Shown: positions 10,997-18,836, counted from the first letter of the stretch. The stretch is 64,000 nucleotides of DNA from Candidatus Thorarchaeota archaeon (GCA_048882045.1 JBHLRZ010000006.1:1-64000); one strand, 5' to 3'. Translations and numbers: made by a program. Notes: generated from the sequence alone by a model not told the origin.

Positions 10997-11329
10997 TCAC
11001 TCTGATGTGCTCATTCCGATAAAAGCTAGTGCTTCTGAAACTGTATTTTGCACTTCTATTGAAAATTCGTATCCTTCGATATCGTGATACATTACCATAG
11101 CTTGTGTGGTTCGTCTCAAGGCTTCTTCCAGTTTTCCTTCTTTTACCAGTGATATGCCAATTGAAGCAATTCCTCGCTCTGTGGCTTTGACTGATGCAGG
11201 TACGATTTCTTCAATCAGTTTTTCATCTGGTGGAAATTTCTCTATCACCTTGAGATATCTCTTAGCTACTTCAGGTATCTTATGGGTCGGATAACGTGAG
11301 TGTGTAACAATATAAGGCATCTCTCTCAT
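10997..11329 (-). CDS. Hypothetical small alpha/beta protein
   Basis: Clean 110-aa ORF with protein-like composition, followed by a terminator. Confidence 0.7.
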   Translation of the reverse strand: MREMPYIVTHSRYPTHKIPEVAKRYLKVIEKFPPDEKLIEEIVPASVKATERGIASIGISLVKEGKLEEALRRTTQAMVMYHDIEGYEFSIEVQNTVSEALAFIGMSTSE

Positions 11330-11613
11330 CTCAAACTCAATTTGATTTTATAAAGTGTTGAACTGTTAGAAGTAGTTGTGCTCTCTCATCTGAGAGAGTC
11401 ATGAAGATGTATCATTGATATGACAACACTGTAGCTTAAACTATGCCTCTATCTTCAACATAAGGTTTCCGAAATTTCGTCAAAAGAGAATTGCTGAATG
11501 TAGTTTTTTGGGGGGGTTCTCTAGAATAGCATGTAAAAGGATTCTCATAGTTAAACACAGGAACTATGACCGTAAGGCAATCCTTATGACTGGGAGCAAT
11601 TGATGAATGAATC

Positions 11614-12030
11614 ATGACGGAAATCAAGTGGGATGATAGCCTTTCTGTACATGTTGAGCTGATTGACGAGCAACACAAGATGTTGATCCAGCGAATAAGA
11701 GACCTATCAGATGCAGTCAATTCAAGTAGAGGAGCAACTGAGATTGGTAAGACTCTTGGATTCATGATTGACTACACAGAGTTTCACTTTTCAACTGAAG
11801 AGAAACATATGAAGGAACTAGGCTATCCAGGATTCGATGTGCACAGAGGTCAGCATGATGATTTCAAGTCAACACTCAATGAGATGGTCATGGAATTTGA
11901 AGAAGATGGAGCAACTGCACAGCTCAGTGAGTGGGTAAACCAATATCTCATCAACTGGCTTGTTAACCATATCAAATCGATTGACACGAAGCTTGCAGTT
12001 TTCCTTCAGGACAAAGGATTCGAGGGATAG
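11614..12030 (+). CDS. Bacteriohemerythrin (di-iron O2-binding protein)
   Basis: W..S.SV...IDEQH, YTEFHFSTEE, HRGQH, WLVNHI...D: full hemerythrin ligand set. Confidence 0.93.
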   Translation: MTEIKWDDSLSVHVELIDEQHKMLIQRIRDLSDAVNSSRGATEIGKTLGFMIDYTEFHFSTEEKHMKELGYPGFDVHRGQHDDFKSTLNEMVMEFEEDGATAQLSEWVNQYLINWLVNHIKSIDTKLAVFLQDKGFEG

Positions 12031-12054
12031 AAAACTCAACCCCCTTGAATCCTT
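12014..12054. terminator. Inverted repeat between convergent genes
   Basis: AAGGATTCGAGGG (12014-26) / CCCTTGAATCCTT (12042-54), 13 bp with one G-T pair. Confidence 0.5.
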
Positions 12055-12056
12055 CC

Positions 12057-12941
12057 TTATCTCAATTTTAGAATTTTAGCGATATTTGCATTTGAATCAA
12101 TTATTGGATCAATCAGTCCTCTTGTTGATGTGAATAGAGTCGTTACGCCTGGACCGTGACCAGAGATTACACAATCACTGTGTACAACGATACCTACGGA
12201 AACAGCATCCTTCTTGTAGATTCGGCCATAGGAATGGTCGGCATCAATGATTGCTACTAGGTCTCCGAACCTCAGGTCCTCAAGTCCATATTCAGCAGTG
12301 GTTCCTTCATCAAAGAGCTGAATGTCATAGTCTCCAGAGTATACTTGATCCGCACCTAGTCCTGAACCCATTATTTTCGCTGGGACTAAGTGTGTGACTG
12401 GGATTCCCAGTTTATCGCCGCTGTCTTGGAAGTTAATTTTCTTGACAACTCCAGGGTCAATGTTCATTACTTTGATATCAGGATAATCAAGAAGCTCTAG
12501 ACCTTGCCCGTAAGCCTTGATCATCATCTTGTCACCGATAGCGAGTTTCTCCATTGTTTCCTCAGAGAAATCAACCATGACATGTTCTATACCACCATGT
12601 TTGCCAACTACTGTTCCAACCTCGTCTTTTGCATCACTTTTACCAATCACCTTGGCCTCGTTACCTACACAAGCGAGCACATTCAAGGATGTGTTTGCAG
12701 CTGTCTTGAATCTAGCATCATTCTCTTTGTTCTCAATACTCACACCGGGTTCGACATGGTCAGCTTTCCAGCCTGTGGCCAAATCTCCAACGCGAATGTT
12801 GTATGTGATTCCACCTACACCAGGCAGTGAAACAGGTCTTCCATCATGTGTAATTCGGTATGGTGAGCGCGCTACAGGACTCGCGACCTCACCCATTACA
12901 GAAATCTTCACAATTTTACTTTCGTTCGTTTTGACTTGCAT
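12057..12941 (-). CDS. DUF4438 / TM1086-like conserved protein
   Basis: PGVGGITYNIRVGD..GW.ADHVEPGVS, CVGNEA, KHGGIEHV, MGSGLG, GDYDIQ, GHGPGVT motifs recalled for this family. Confidence 0.8.
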   Translation of the reverse strand: MQVKTNESKIVKISVMGEVASPVARSPYRITHDGRPVSLPGVGGITYNIRVGDLATGWKADHVEPGVSIENKENDARFKTAANTSLNVLACVGNEAKVIGKSDAKDEVGTVVGKHGGIEHVMVDFSEETMEKLAIGDKMMIKAYGQGLELLDYPDIKVMNIDPGVVKKINFQDSGDKLGIPVTHLVPAKIMGSGLGADQVYSGDYDIQLFDEGTTAEYGLEDLRFGDLVAIIDADHSYGRIYKKDAVSVGIVVHSDCVISGHGPGVTTLFTSTRGLIDPIIDSNANIAKILKLR

Positions 12942-13010
12942 GTTTGAATCAGCTGTGTTAGATTGACATTATCTACCACATAAGAGTGATGATATCAGAA
13001 CACGAACCTA

Positions 13011-13841
13011 TCATAGATGTTTTTCAAGCCACTTGAACATATCACTGAATACTTCCTCGCCACCTTCCTCGTGGTATGGTTCATGATACAGCCCAGGATA
13101 TAGTTTCCAAGTTTTGTCCTCAGAAGCAATATTATCGAAAAACTCCTTGTTCCGATCAGGATCAAGAATCATGTCATCTCCGGATTGCTGGACCAACACC
13201 GGAACTGTGATTCTACTTGCTGATTCAAACGCTTCTTTACTGGCTTTGAGTCCTTCAATAGCATACCTAGGTGTCGCCTTGTCAAATCTAAGTGGATCCT
13301 CTCGATTGTCTTTGACAATATCTGCATTCCTCGATATCAATTCATGATCGAGACCATTGTCAATGTACATCTTCACATTCAGCTTTGACAGGAAAGCTCC
13401 CATTTTTCTCGTTGCAGCACTAACCTTGAGTCTCTCTGAAACTGCGGGAGCTGGGATAATGATTCCTTCAGCCTCACCCGGATGTTTCAGAATATAATGG
13501 ATTATGAATATGGCACCTAGAGAGTGACCCCATAGAAACAGCATCTTGTCTTGATGAAGGAGTTTCAAATAGGCGACCAATGATTCCATATCCTCAGTAT
13601 ATTCATCAAAACTCTCAACATGACCCTTACGACCAGGAAACGTACCAAAACCTCGCATATCGGGGGCGTAGAAAGTATATCCCTGATCGGTGAATCTTTC
13701 GCCCATGTATTCTAAACGACCACTGTGAGACCCCAATCCGTGCAAACCAAGTACAATTGCCTTGGGGTTTCCTTCTGGTTTCCAGATTCTCAATAACATT
13801 GTTGTGCCATCGAATCCCTGGTATGTACTCTCTTCGCTCAT
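13011..13841 (-). CDS. Alpha/beta hydrolase, lysophospholipase/monoacylglycerol lipase type
   Basis: LHGLGSHSGR, DMRGFG, nucleophile GHSLG, Asp in SGDDMI, His in YPGLYHEP. Confidence 0.9.
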   Translation of the reverse strand: MSEESTYQGFDGTTMLLRIWKPEGNPKAIVLGLHGLGSHSGRLEYMGERFTDQGYTFYAPDMRGFGTFPGRKGHVESFDEYTEDMESLVAYLKLLHQDKMLFLWGHSLGAIFIIHYILKHPGEAEGIIIPAPAVSERLKVSAATRKMGAFLSKLNVKMYIDNGLDHELISRNADIVKDNREDPLRFDKATPRYAIEGLKASKEAFESASRITVPVLVQQSGDDMILDPDRNKEFFDNIASEDKTWKLYPGLYHEPYHEEGGEEVFSDMFKWLEKHL

Positions 13842-13893
13842 CTAAGGAACCACAAAAACACAGCAGCTTCGTGCCCTATGTGTCTTCCGAAAC

Positions 13894-14703
13894 TCAGGAA
13901 TCTTGTTCATCAATAAATGCGAACTTCTTGTTCGGATAGTCAATAACAGTTTCATACTTCCTCAAGAAGTCGTAACCAATGATACCGTTCTCAATCAACT
14001 TTCCTTTGGGAGAAACACGTCCTAGATCGATGACAACCAATTGTGTATTTGCGATCATGGATTTGCCAACCGCTAGTGAGTCACATGGAGCAAGCTCCAA
14101 CGGAACATCACCACCAACACCTCGAGCAACCCCCTCCACTGCTTGAGATTGCAGCCCTAATTTCTTCGCGAGGGATGGTGTAACACATGAGTTACCAGCA
14201 CCTGTATCTAGAACGAAATCATATGGCCCATGACCATTGATATGAACGGGGATTCCCACAAGATGTGATTTATTGACATACTCAAAAGGAATCCAATCCA
14301 GATCAGGACTGGAATTCCCTTTACTCAGTTTGAATCTCTGTTTATTGTAGCTGAGTGACATTGTGCAATGTTTCAACGTGGTATATCCCAGAACACCATC
14401 TCGGTTTCCGCAACTAAGAATTTTGTCGAGGTCTAGAACATAGACTTCATCCTGTTCAAAATCGAGGGGACCGACACTGATAGAGGCATCAGCAAAGAGT
14501 GTGGGTACTCCCCCACCTAAGCCACGAGCGTCAGGTCGACCACTCTGCCTTGTAGGAATTCCCAGTTTCTCCGCTAATCCCACAGTCAGAGTGGTAGTCG
14601 ATGCCCCGGTATCTAGGTTGAAAGTGAAGGGGCCTTGCGAATTAACATGAACTGGGATTTTCACAAGACGTGTACTAGGTTCAATCTCGACTTCGAACTC
14701 CAT
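13894..14703 (-). CDS. Tandem two-domain retropepsin-like (clan AA) aspartic protease
   Basis: Two homologous halves, each with FxLDTGA, a flap ARG(L/V)GG and G(V/I)(L/I)GY; SD GAGGTG before ATG 14703. Confidence 0.88.
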   Translation of the reverse strand: MEFEVEIEPSTRLVKIPVHVNSQGPFTFNLDTGASTTTLTVGLAEKLGIPTRQSGRPDARGLGGGVPTLFADASISVGPLDFEQDEVYVLDLDKILSCGNRDGVLGYTTLKHCTMSLSYNKQRFKLSKGNSSPDLDWIPFEYVNKSHLVGIPVHINGHGPYDFVLDTGAGNSCVTPSLAKKLGLQSQAVEGVARGVGGDVPLELAPCDSLAVGKSMIANTQLVVIDLGRVSPKGKLIENGIIGYDFLRKYETVIDYPNKKFAFIDEQDS

Positions 14704-14718
14704 GTCAAAACACCTCAT

Positions 14719-15543
14719 TCACTCAGGCTTTGTACCAGCGATATATGCGCTGTAAGCACCATAGATGCTGTTTCCTGCCTTACTTGTGATTTTGGCATCA
14801 TTGAAACCAGCATCACGCATATGCTGCAGATACTCCTCATCGAGGATGGCTCCACCAATGCATCCAGTATAGGTGATGACTTGATCACGAACATCTTGTG
14901 GTAGTGGTTTTGAGAGCACTATATCTGAGACCATGACTCGACCACCTGGTTTCAGAACTCTGTAGGCTTCTCGGAAAACTTTCCCCTTGTCAGGGGCCAG
15001 ATTGATTACGCAGTTGCTTATCACAACATCAACCGAATTGTCCTCAACTGGCATATCTTCAATATCACCATATCGAAACTCAACATTTGTTATCCCAAGT
15101 TCCTCAGCGTTTTGTTTTGCTTTCTCAATCATGGCTGGGGTCATATCTACTCCAATGACCTTTCCAGAGTCACCTACTTTCTTACTAGCCACGAACATGT
15201 CGAGACCAGCACCACTTCCCAGGTCAAGAACAACCTCTCCTTCCTTGAGACTTGCCAATGCGACTGGATTACCACATCCAGCGAACGATTCTGTGGCTCC
15301 GGTTGGCATACCTTCAGTGTCATAACCAAGTGCACCTGCAAGGTTTACTCTTGTGACCTTGGTTTCCTCTTGGGGACCACAACAACTCGAACTGGTCTGA
15401 GCAGGTGCGCAACCCGGATCACTGCAACTTGGTGTTTGCTCTTCAGCAGTCCATGTTCCTTCAGCAACACGTGAGTAGGCATCACGGACAGCTTCTTTGA
15501 TCTCGTCGGATTTCATTTCACTGACTTTCTTCGTATTAGCCAT
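14719..15543 (-). CDS. arsM: Arsenite S-adenosylmethionine methyltransferase
   Basis: GCGNP, LDLGSGAG.D, GVDMT..M, ISNCVINL, GCIGGA; Cys-rich N-terminal arm (SCSDPGC..SSCCG). Confidence 0.92.
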   Translation of the reverse strand: MANTKKVSEMKSDEIKEAVRDAYSRVAEGTWTAEEQTPSCSDPGCAPAQTSSSCCGPQEETKVTRVNLAGALGYDTEGMPTGATESFAGCGNPVALASLKEGEVVLDLGSGAGLDMFVASKKVGDSGKVIGVDMTPAMIEKAKQNAEELGITNVEFRYGDIEDMPVEDNSVDVVISNCVINLAPDKGKVFREAYRVLKPGGRVMVSDIVLSKPLPQDVRDQVITYTGCIGGAILDEEYLQHMRDAGFNDAKITSKAGNSIYGAYSAYIAGTKPE

Positions 15544-15547
15544 AGAA

Positions 15548-15709
15548 TCACCTTTTGTCAGATGTTGCTTTCACTGGTTTCGATGCGGATGAACCACAGC
15601 AACCAGTAGTAGGTTCTTGATTGTTTTGTCCTTCAGCTATGTTTGAGTAAGCTTCTTTCACAGCTTTCTTAATTTCGTCGGTTTTATTTTCACTAACCTT
15701 CTTCGTCAT
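15548..15709 (-). CDS. 53-aa microprotein paralogous to the ArsM N-terminus (not in ORF track)
   Basis: MTKKVSENKTDEIKKAVKEAYSNIAEGQNNQEPTTGCCGSSASKPVKATSDKR; SD GGTGA; its TGA lies within the arsM SD (AGGTGA). Confidence 0.8.
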   Translation of the reverse strand: MTKKVSENKTDEIKKAVKEAYSNIAEGQNNQEPTTGCCGSSASKPVKATSDKR

Positions 15710-15846
15710 ACAATCACCATATTGTTTGGATTATGATATTCCACTATGTCGTCAATACATTGTGACTGACATGTGAATCTAGACCTAGTTTTCTTACGTT
15801 TTTCAGAACTCGAAAGACTATCTTTGACAACTTTGTCTTCAGCCAT
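15706..15846 (-). CDS. 46-aa microprotein with CxxxC (not in ORF track)
   Basis: MAEDKVVKDSLSSSEKRKKTRSRFTCQSQCIDDIVEYHNPNNMVIV; SD GGTGA; ATGA stop/start overlap with the next ORF. Confidence 0.6.
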   Translation of the reverse strand: MAEDKVVKDSLSSSEKRKKTRSRFTCQSQCIDDIVEYHNPNNMVIV

Positions 15847-15860
15847 TCAATCACCAGACA

Positions 15861-15907
15861 TATTGGGTATCCAATACATCTTGAAAATATTGGAATTCCA
15901 ATATAAA
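15861..15907. promoter_or_regulatory. Tandem palindromic operators next to the TATA box of the arsM operon
   Basis: TATTGG-GTAT-CCAATA (15861-76) and perfect 18-bp ATATTGGAATTCCAATAT (15887-15904); minus-strand TTTATAT at 15901-07. Confidence 0.8.
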
Positions 15908-15955
15908 CCTTGCTTTCAGAGAAACAAGTAATGCAGATGAGATATTATTTATTAG

Positions 15956-15973
15956 ATATAGGACATTCAATAT
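15956..15973. promoter_or_regulatory. Degenerate third operator in front of padR (autoregulation)
   Basis: ATATAGGACATTCAATAT: two mismatches to ATATTGG-N4-CCAATAT, ending 6 nt before the padR ATG. Confidence 0.6.
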
Positions 15974-15979
15974 GTCATT

Positions 15980-16351
15980 ATGACAGAGCAATCCGATGAT
16001 ATACTGTGTTGCCCACCAGATTGTTGCGAAGGCTTAGCTAGAGGATTTCTTAATTTCCAAATTCTATGGGAGCTCGGGAAGGAGCATCTCAATGGTCAGC
16101 AGATAGCTGAAAGGATTGCGAAGAGAAGAGGTACAAAGCCAACTCCAGGTACAATATATCCAGCACTCAAAGAATTGAAGAAAGGGAAGTATATAGCTGG
16201 AACAAAGGAAGGACGTGAGGTCGTATACCGTCTGACAGCTAAGGGAGAAGACGCACTACTTGATGCATCCAAATATTTCCATCAGGCGTTTGGTGACATT
16301 GCTGAGGATGTCAAGGTGAAGGTTGTAGTAATCAGAAAAGAGGACTTCTAG
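15980..16351 (+). CDS. PadR-family winged-helix regulator with N-terminal CCPPDCC motif
   Basis: GFL...IL..L......G..I; PGTIYPALKEL; VYRLT.KG wing. Confidence 0.9.
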   Translation: MTEQSDDILCCPPDCCEGLARGFLNFQILWELGKEHLNGQQIAERIAKRRGTKPTPGTIYPALKELKKGKYIAGTKEGREVVYRLTAKGEDALLDASKYFHQAFGDIAEDVKVKVVVIRKEDF

Positions 16352-16415
16352 AACAGGTTGGAGACCCGAGGATGGAGGGGAGGGGATTCCAGAGCCTCGG
16401 AATCTCCTGATGTTC
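16351..16415. other. GC-rich structured intergenic element (long interrupted hairpin)
   Basis: GAACA/TGTTC, GGAGA/TCTCC, CCGAGG/CCTCGG, TGGA/TCCA nested stems with a GGGGAGGGGAT loop. Confidence 0.55.
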
Positions 16416-16486
16416 GAGTACGAAAGACCAATGCGGGACCGACGAAGACGGAAAACTCTGTGAGTGTAAAACTGCCGACCATATTC

Positions 16487-16786
16487 TTAGTATAGGGAGT
16501 TCATACTCACTGTCGATCTAGTATTTCTAAGCTCCCAATTATCAGGAATATCTTTCTTCGATAATTGATAGTAGAATTGAGGTGATCGACAACAAGTATC
16601 ACATGGACTTTGTTTCCAATAGTAGTACTTGGTGAGATGGTGGTTACAATTGAAGCAACCTTTAGCAACCTGTTTAACAACAGATTTGTTTTGTTTGGTC
16701 TCTCGATGAAACCGGGATTTTTTGGTGGGAGATAGCTCCTTCAAGACTCCCGGCGAGCTAATAGCAGCCTCATTTGTAGCACTCAT
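16487..16786 (-). CDS. Small basic protein with putative Zn-binding motif
   Basis: CFNCNHH...PCDTCC; Lys/Arg-rich; divergent from an RHH gene; start taken at ATG 16786. Confidence 0.55.
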   Translation of the reverse strand: MSATNEAAISSPGVLKELSPTKKSRFHRETKQNKSVVKQVAKGCFNCNHHLTKYYYWKQSPCDTCCRSPQFYYQLSKKDIPDNWELRNTRSTVSMNSLY

Positions 16787-16813
16787 GTATACCACCGTAT
16801 ACTTAATGTATAC
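16787..16813. promoter_or_regulatory. Three phased GTATAC boxes (probable RHH operator)
   Basis: GTATAC at 16787, 16797 and 16808 (10 and 11 bp spacing). Confidence 0.65.
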
Positions 16814-16862
16814 GAATTGTTAAATACTTGTCTATGAACTAGAATGGTTGGTTGAGCCTCGT

Positions 16863-17000
16863 ATGACTGATACAATGATTCGAATACCCAAAGCTCTTCA
16901 GGATCGGTTTGAAAAATTGGAAGTAAAGGATTCATGGAAATCCTTCCCAGCTTTTGTGAGAGAGGCTGTTCGACAGGCTCTCGACAAATATGAGAAGTAA
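16863..17000 (+). CDS. Ribbon-helix-helix (CopG/Arc/MetJ-like) DNA-binding microprotein (not in ORF track)
   Basis: MTDTMIRIPKALQDRFEKLEVKDSWKSFPAFVREAVRQALDKYEK: beta-strand T-M-I-R-I-P, helix A, S....FVREAV helix B. Confidence 0.8.
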   Translation: MTDTMIRIPKALQDRFEKLEVKDSWKSFPAFVREAVRQALDKYEK

Positions 17001-17112
17001 GTGACTAGTGTTTTTTCAAAAAGAGATCTTGATAGGAGATAGTAAACTCACTCCTTCCTTTTCTCACGATTGCTCACATTTAAAAGGCCTCTATATAGAA
17101 TCGTCAGGTCCC

Positions 17113-17130
17113 TTATATACTATATAAAGG
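17113..17130 (+). promoter_or_regulatory. TATA box(es) of tbp
   Basis: TTATATA-C-TATATAAAG about 30-40 nt upstream of ATG 17157. Confidence 0.6.
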
Positions 17131-17156
17131 CGAGAGAGCAAGCGGAGTTATAGCAG

Positions 17157-17762
17157 ATGCCACGTCCCGAACCTAAAACTAAGATTGAGAATGTCGTCGC
17201 CTCAGTCGTTCTCAACCAGCGTCTCGACCTCGATGAGATTGCTGCTACGATGCCCAACGTAGAATTTGACCCTGAACAGTTCCCAGGTCTTGTGTACAGA
17301 TTGAAGAAGCCAAAAACAGCTACGCTAATCTTCAACTCAGGCAAGATGGTATGCACAGGAGCGAAGAGTGAGAAAGAGGCGAAGCGTGCAGTTCACAAGA
17401 TTGTCAAGAACATCAAGGAGGCTGGAATCGAGATCTCAGGTAAGCCAGAGATCATTGTTCAAAACATTGTAGCCAGCGCAAGCCTTGGAGCAGAGTTGAA
17501 TCTCGAACTAGCAGCAATGAAACTTGAGAATACACTATATGAGCCAGAGCAGTTCCCAGGTCTAATATACAGAATGCGAGACCCGAAGGTTGTCATTCTT
17601 TTGTTCGGTTCTGGAAAGCTCGTCATCACTGGAGCCAAGTTTGAGCCACAGATTGATGAGGCTGCATTGAAGGTCATGGACCGACTCCTCGAACTCGGAG
17701 TCATGAGAATCCCAGAGGGTGAAGACTGGGGTTTAGAAGACTACGAAGAGGGCGAGTGGTAG
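17157..17762 (+). CDS. tbp: TATA-box binding protein
   Basis: Two direct repeats IENVVAS/VQNIVAS and PEQFPGL(V/I)YR, LIFNSGK/LLFGSGK; acidic tail. Confidence 0.98.
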   Translation: MPRPEPKTKIENVVASVVLNQRLDLDEIAATMPNVEFDPEQFPGLVYRLKKPKTATLIFNSGKMVCTGAKSEKEAKRAVHKIVKNIKEAGIEISGKPEIIVQNIVASASLGAELNLELAAMKLENTLYEPEQFPGLIYRMRDPKVVILLFGSGKLVITGAKFEPQIDEAALKVMDRLLELGVMRIPEGEDWGLEDYEEGEW

Positions 17763-17769
17763 ATGGTCA

Positions 17770-17822
17770 GGTGGGTTCCTGGAAATATCCAGGAGCCATC
17801 TTATCCTTTTTTCACTTTTTTT
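17770..17822 (+). terminator. Hairpin + oligo-T terminator of tbp
   Basis: GGTTCCTGGA-AATA-TCCAGGAGCC stem then CCTTTTTTCACTTTTTTT. Confidence 0.75.
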
Positions 17823-17882
17823 CGAAATTGATATTACGCACCCTAGGTTATAGAATTGTATAACTTTGGGGATTTGTACATA

Positions 17883-18791
17883 ATGAAGATTGTAGAGGGC
17901 GAAATAATCAAGTCCGACTTACAAGAGACTGAAGGATTCACGTATGGTACAATAACAATTCGAAATGATGAGATACAATTCGACATTCGCATCACAAGGG
18001 AAACCTTAGGGGAAATTCCTCCAAAAGGATCAACTGTGAGGGTAGAATACGAAGGGGACGTCTTTTTCAGGGCTCTCACTGTCCACATGATCAGCTTTCC
18101 AGATCTAGAAAAGGTAGAGCCTCCAAAGATACCGATGGACCAGTTTCATTGGCCAGCATCTTGCGCTTCTTGTGGGAGTGAAGAAAACCTCACTAGGTAC
18201 GATTATGTTCACAGAAGCACAGAAACCACAGGATTCACACCCACAGGATACTCAATGAGAAGACAAACAACAACACATTCGTTGAATGTGACAGGGTACC
18301 TTTGTCCAGTATGCAAAACTCGAACAGAGAAAAAGGTAAACAGACCCGCATACATCTCGTTTGTATTGGCCATGGCTGGCATAACCCTTGGGTTCATTTT
18401 TCCGTTCATCCCGGGTCTTGTGGAATTCACTCCAATGATTCAGAGCTGGAACATCTATAGTCCATCGGTAGTAGGAATAATCCTCTACACTGTAGTTGCA
18501 GGAATCCCATCTCTACTTTGCTGGATATATTATGACAGGAGGGAATATCCTTTTCTGGAATATATTGGCATCTACGCATCGTTCCTCACTACAAGACGGT
18601 ACAAGATTATACTCAAATCACCAAAATACAAAGAACGATTCCTCAGATTCAATGACCCGGACTCTGTGGGAGACACTGCAGGTTTTCGAAGATTTACATT
18701 TGACTATGAAAATCTCTGTGTAGGTGTATGCTGCTTTGGATGTATCCTACCAATAATAGCGGCATTATTGTTCCATATAATCATGGGTTAG
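17883..18791 (+). CDS. Hypothetical membrane protein with Zn-ribbon (CxxC..CxxC)
   Basis: WPASCASCG...YLCPVC followed by two TMs and a C-terminal Cys-rich TM. Confidence 0.7.
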   Translation: MKIVEGEIIKSDLQETEGFTYGTITIRNDEIQFDIRITRETLGEIPPKGSTVRVEYEGDVFFRALTVHMISFPDLEKVEPPKIPMDQFHWPASCASCGSEENLTRYDYVHRSTETTGFTPTGYSMRRQTTTHSLNVTGYLCPVCKTRTEKKVNRPAYISFVLAMAGITLGFIFPFIPGLVEFTPMIQSWNIYSPSVVGIILYTVVAGIPSLLCWIYYDRREYPFLEYIGIYASFLTTRRYKIILKSPKYKERFLRFNDPDSVGDTAGFRRFTFDYENLCVGVCCFGCILPIIAALLFHIIMG

Positions 18792-18836
18792 TGTGAGTTG
18801 ATAGTTTTCCAGAGAATCGGTGTTCTCTGGATGCCA

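Noticed and set aside
12057-13841. DUF4438 and lipase genes as part of the arsM operon
   Set aside because: Same strand, but 52-69 nt gaps leave room for their own promoters and there is no functional link; unsupported
15541-15850. Selenocysteine read-through of TGA fusing the microproteins to ArsM
   Set aside because: The downstream ORFs are in different frames, read-through hits stops quickly, and no SECIS-like element was recognised
16416-16482. HDV-like ribozyme on the minus strand (GGTCGGC...CCG-TCTTCGT-CGG)
   Set aside because: A P3/L3-like hairpin is present, but there is no P1 partner strand or J4/2 in the required order
16348-16482. 44-aa minus-strand ORF (MVGSFTLTEF...) over the structured element
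   Set aside because: No SD or recognisable motif; the pattern is better explained by base-pairing
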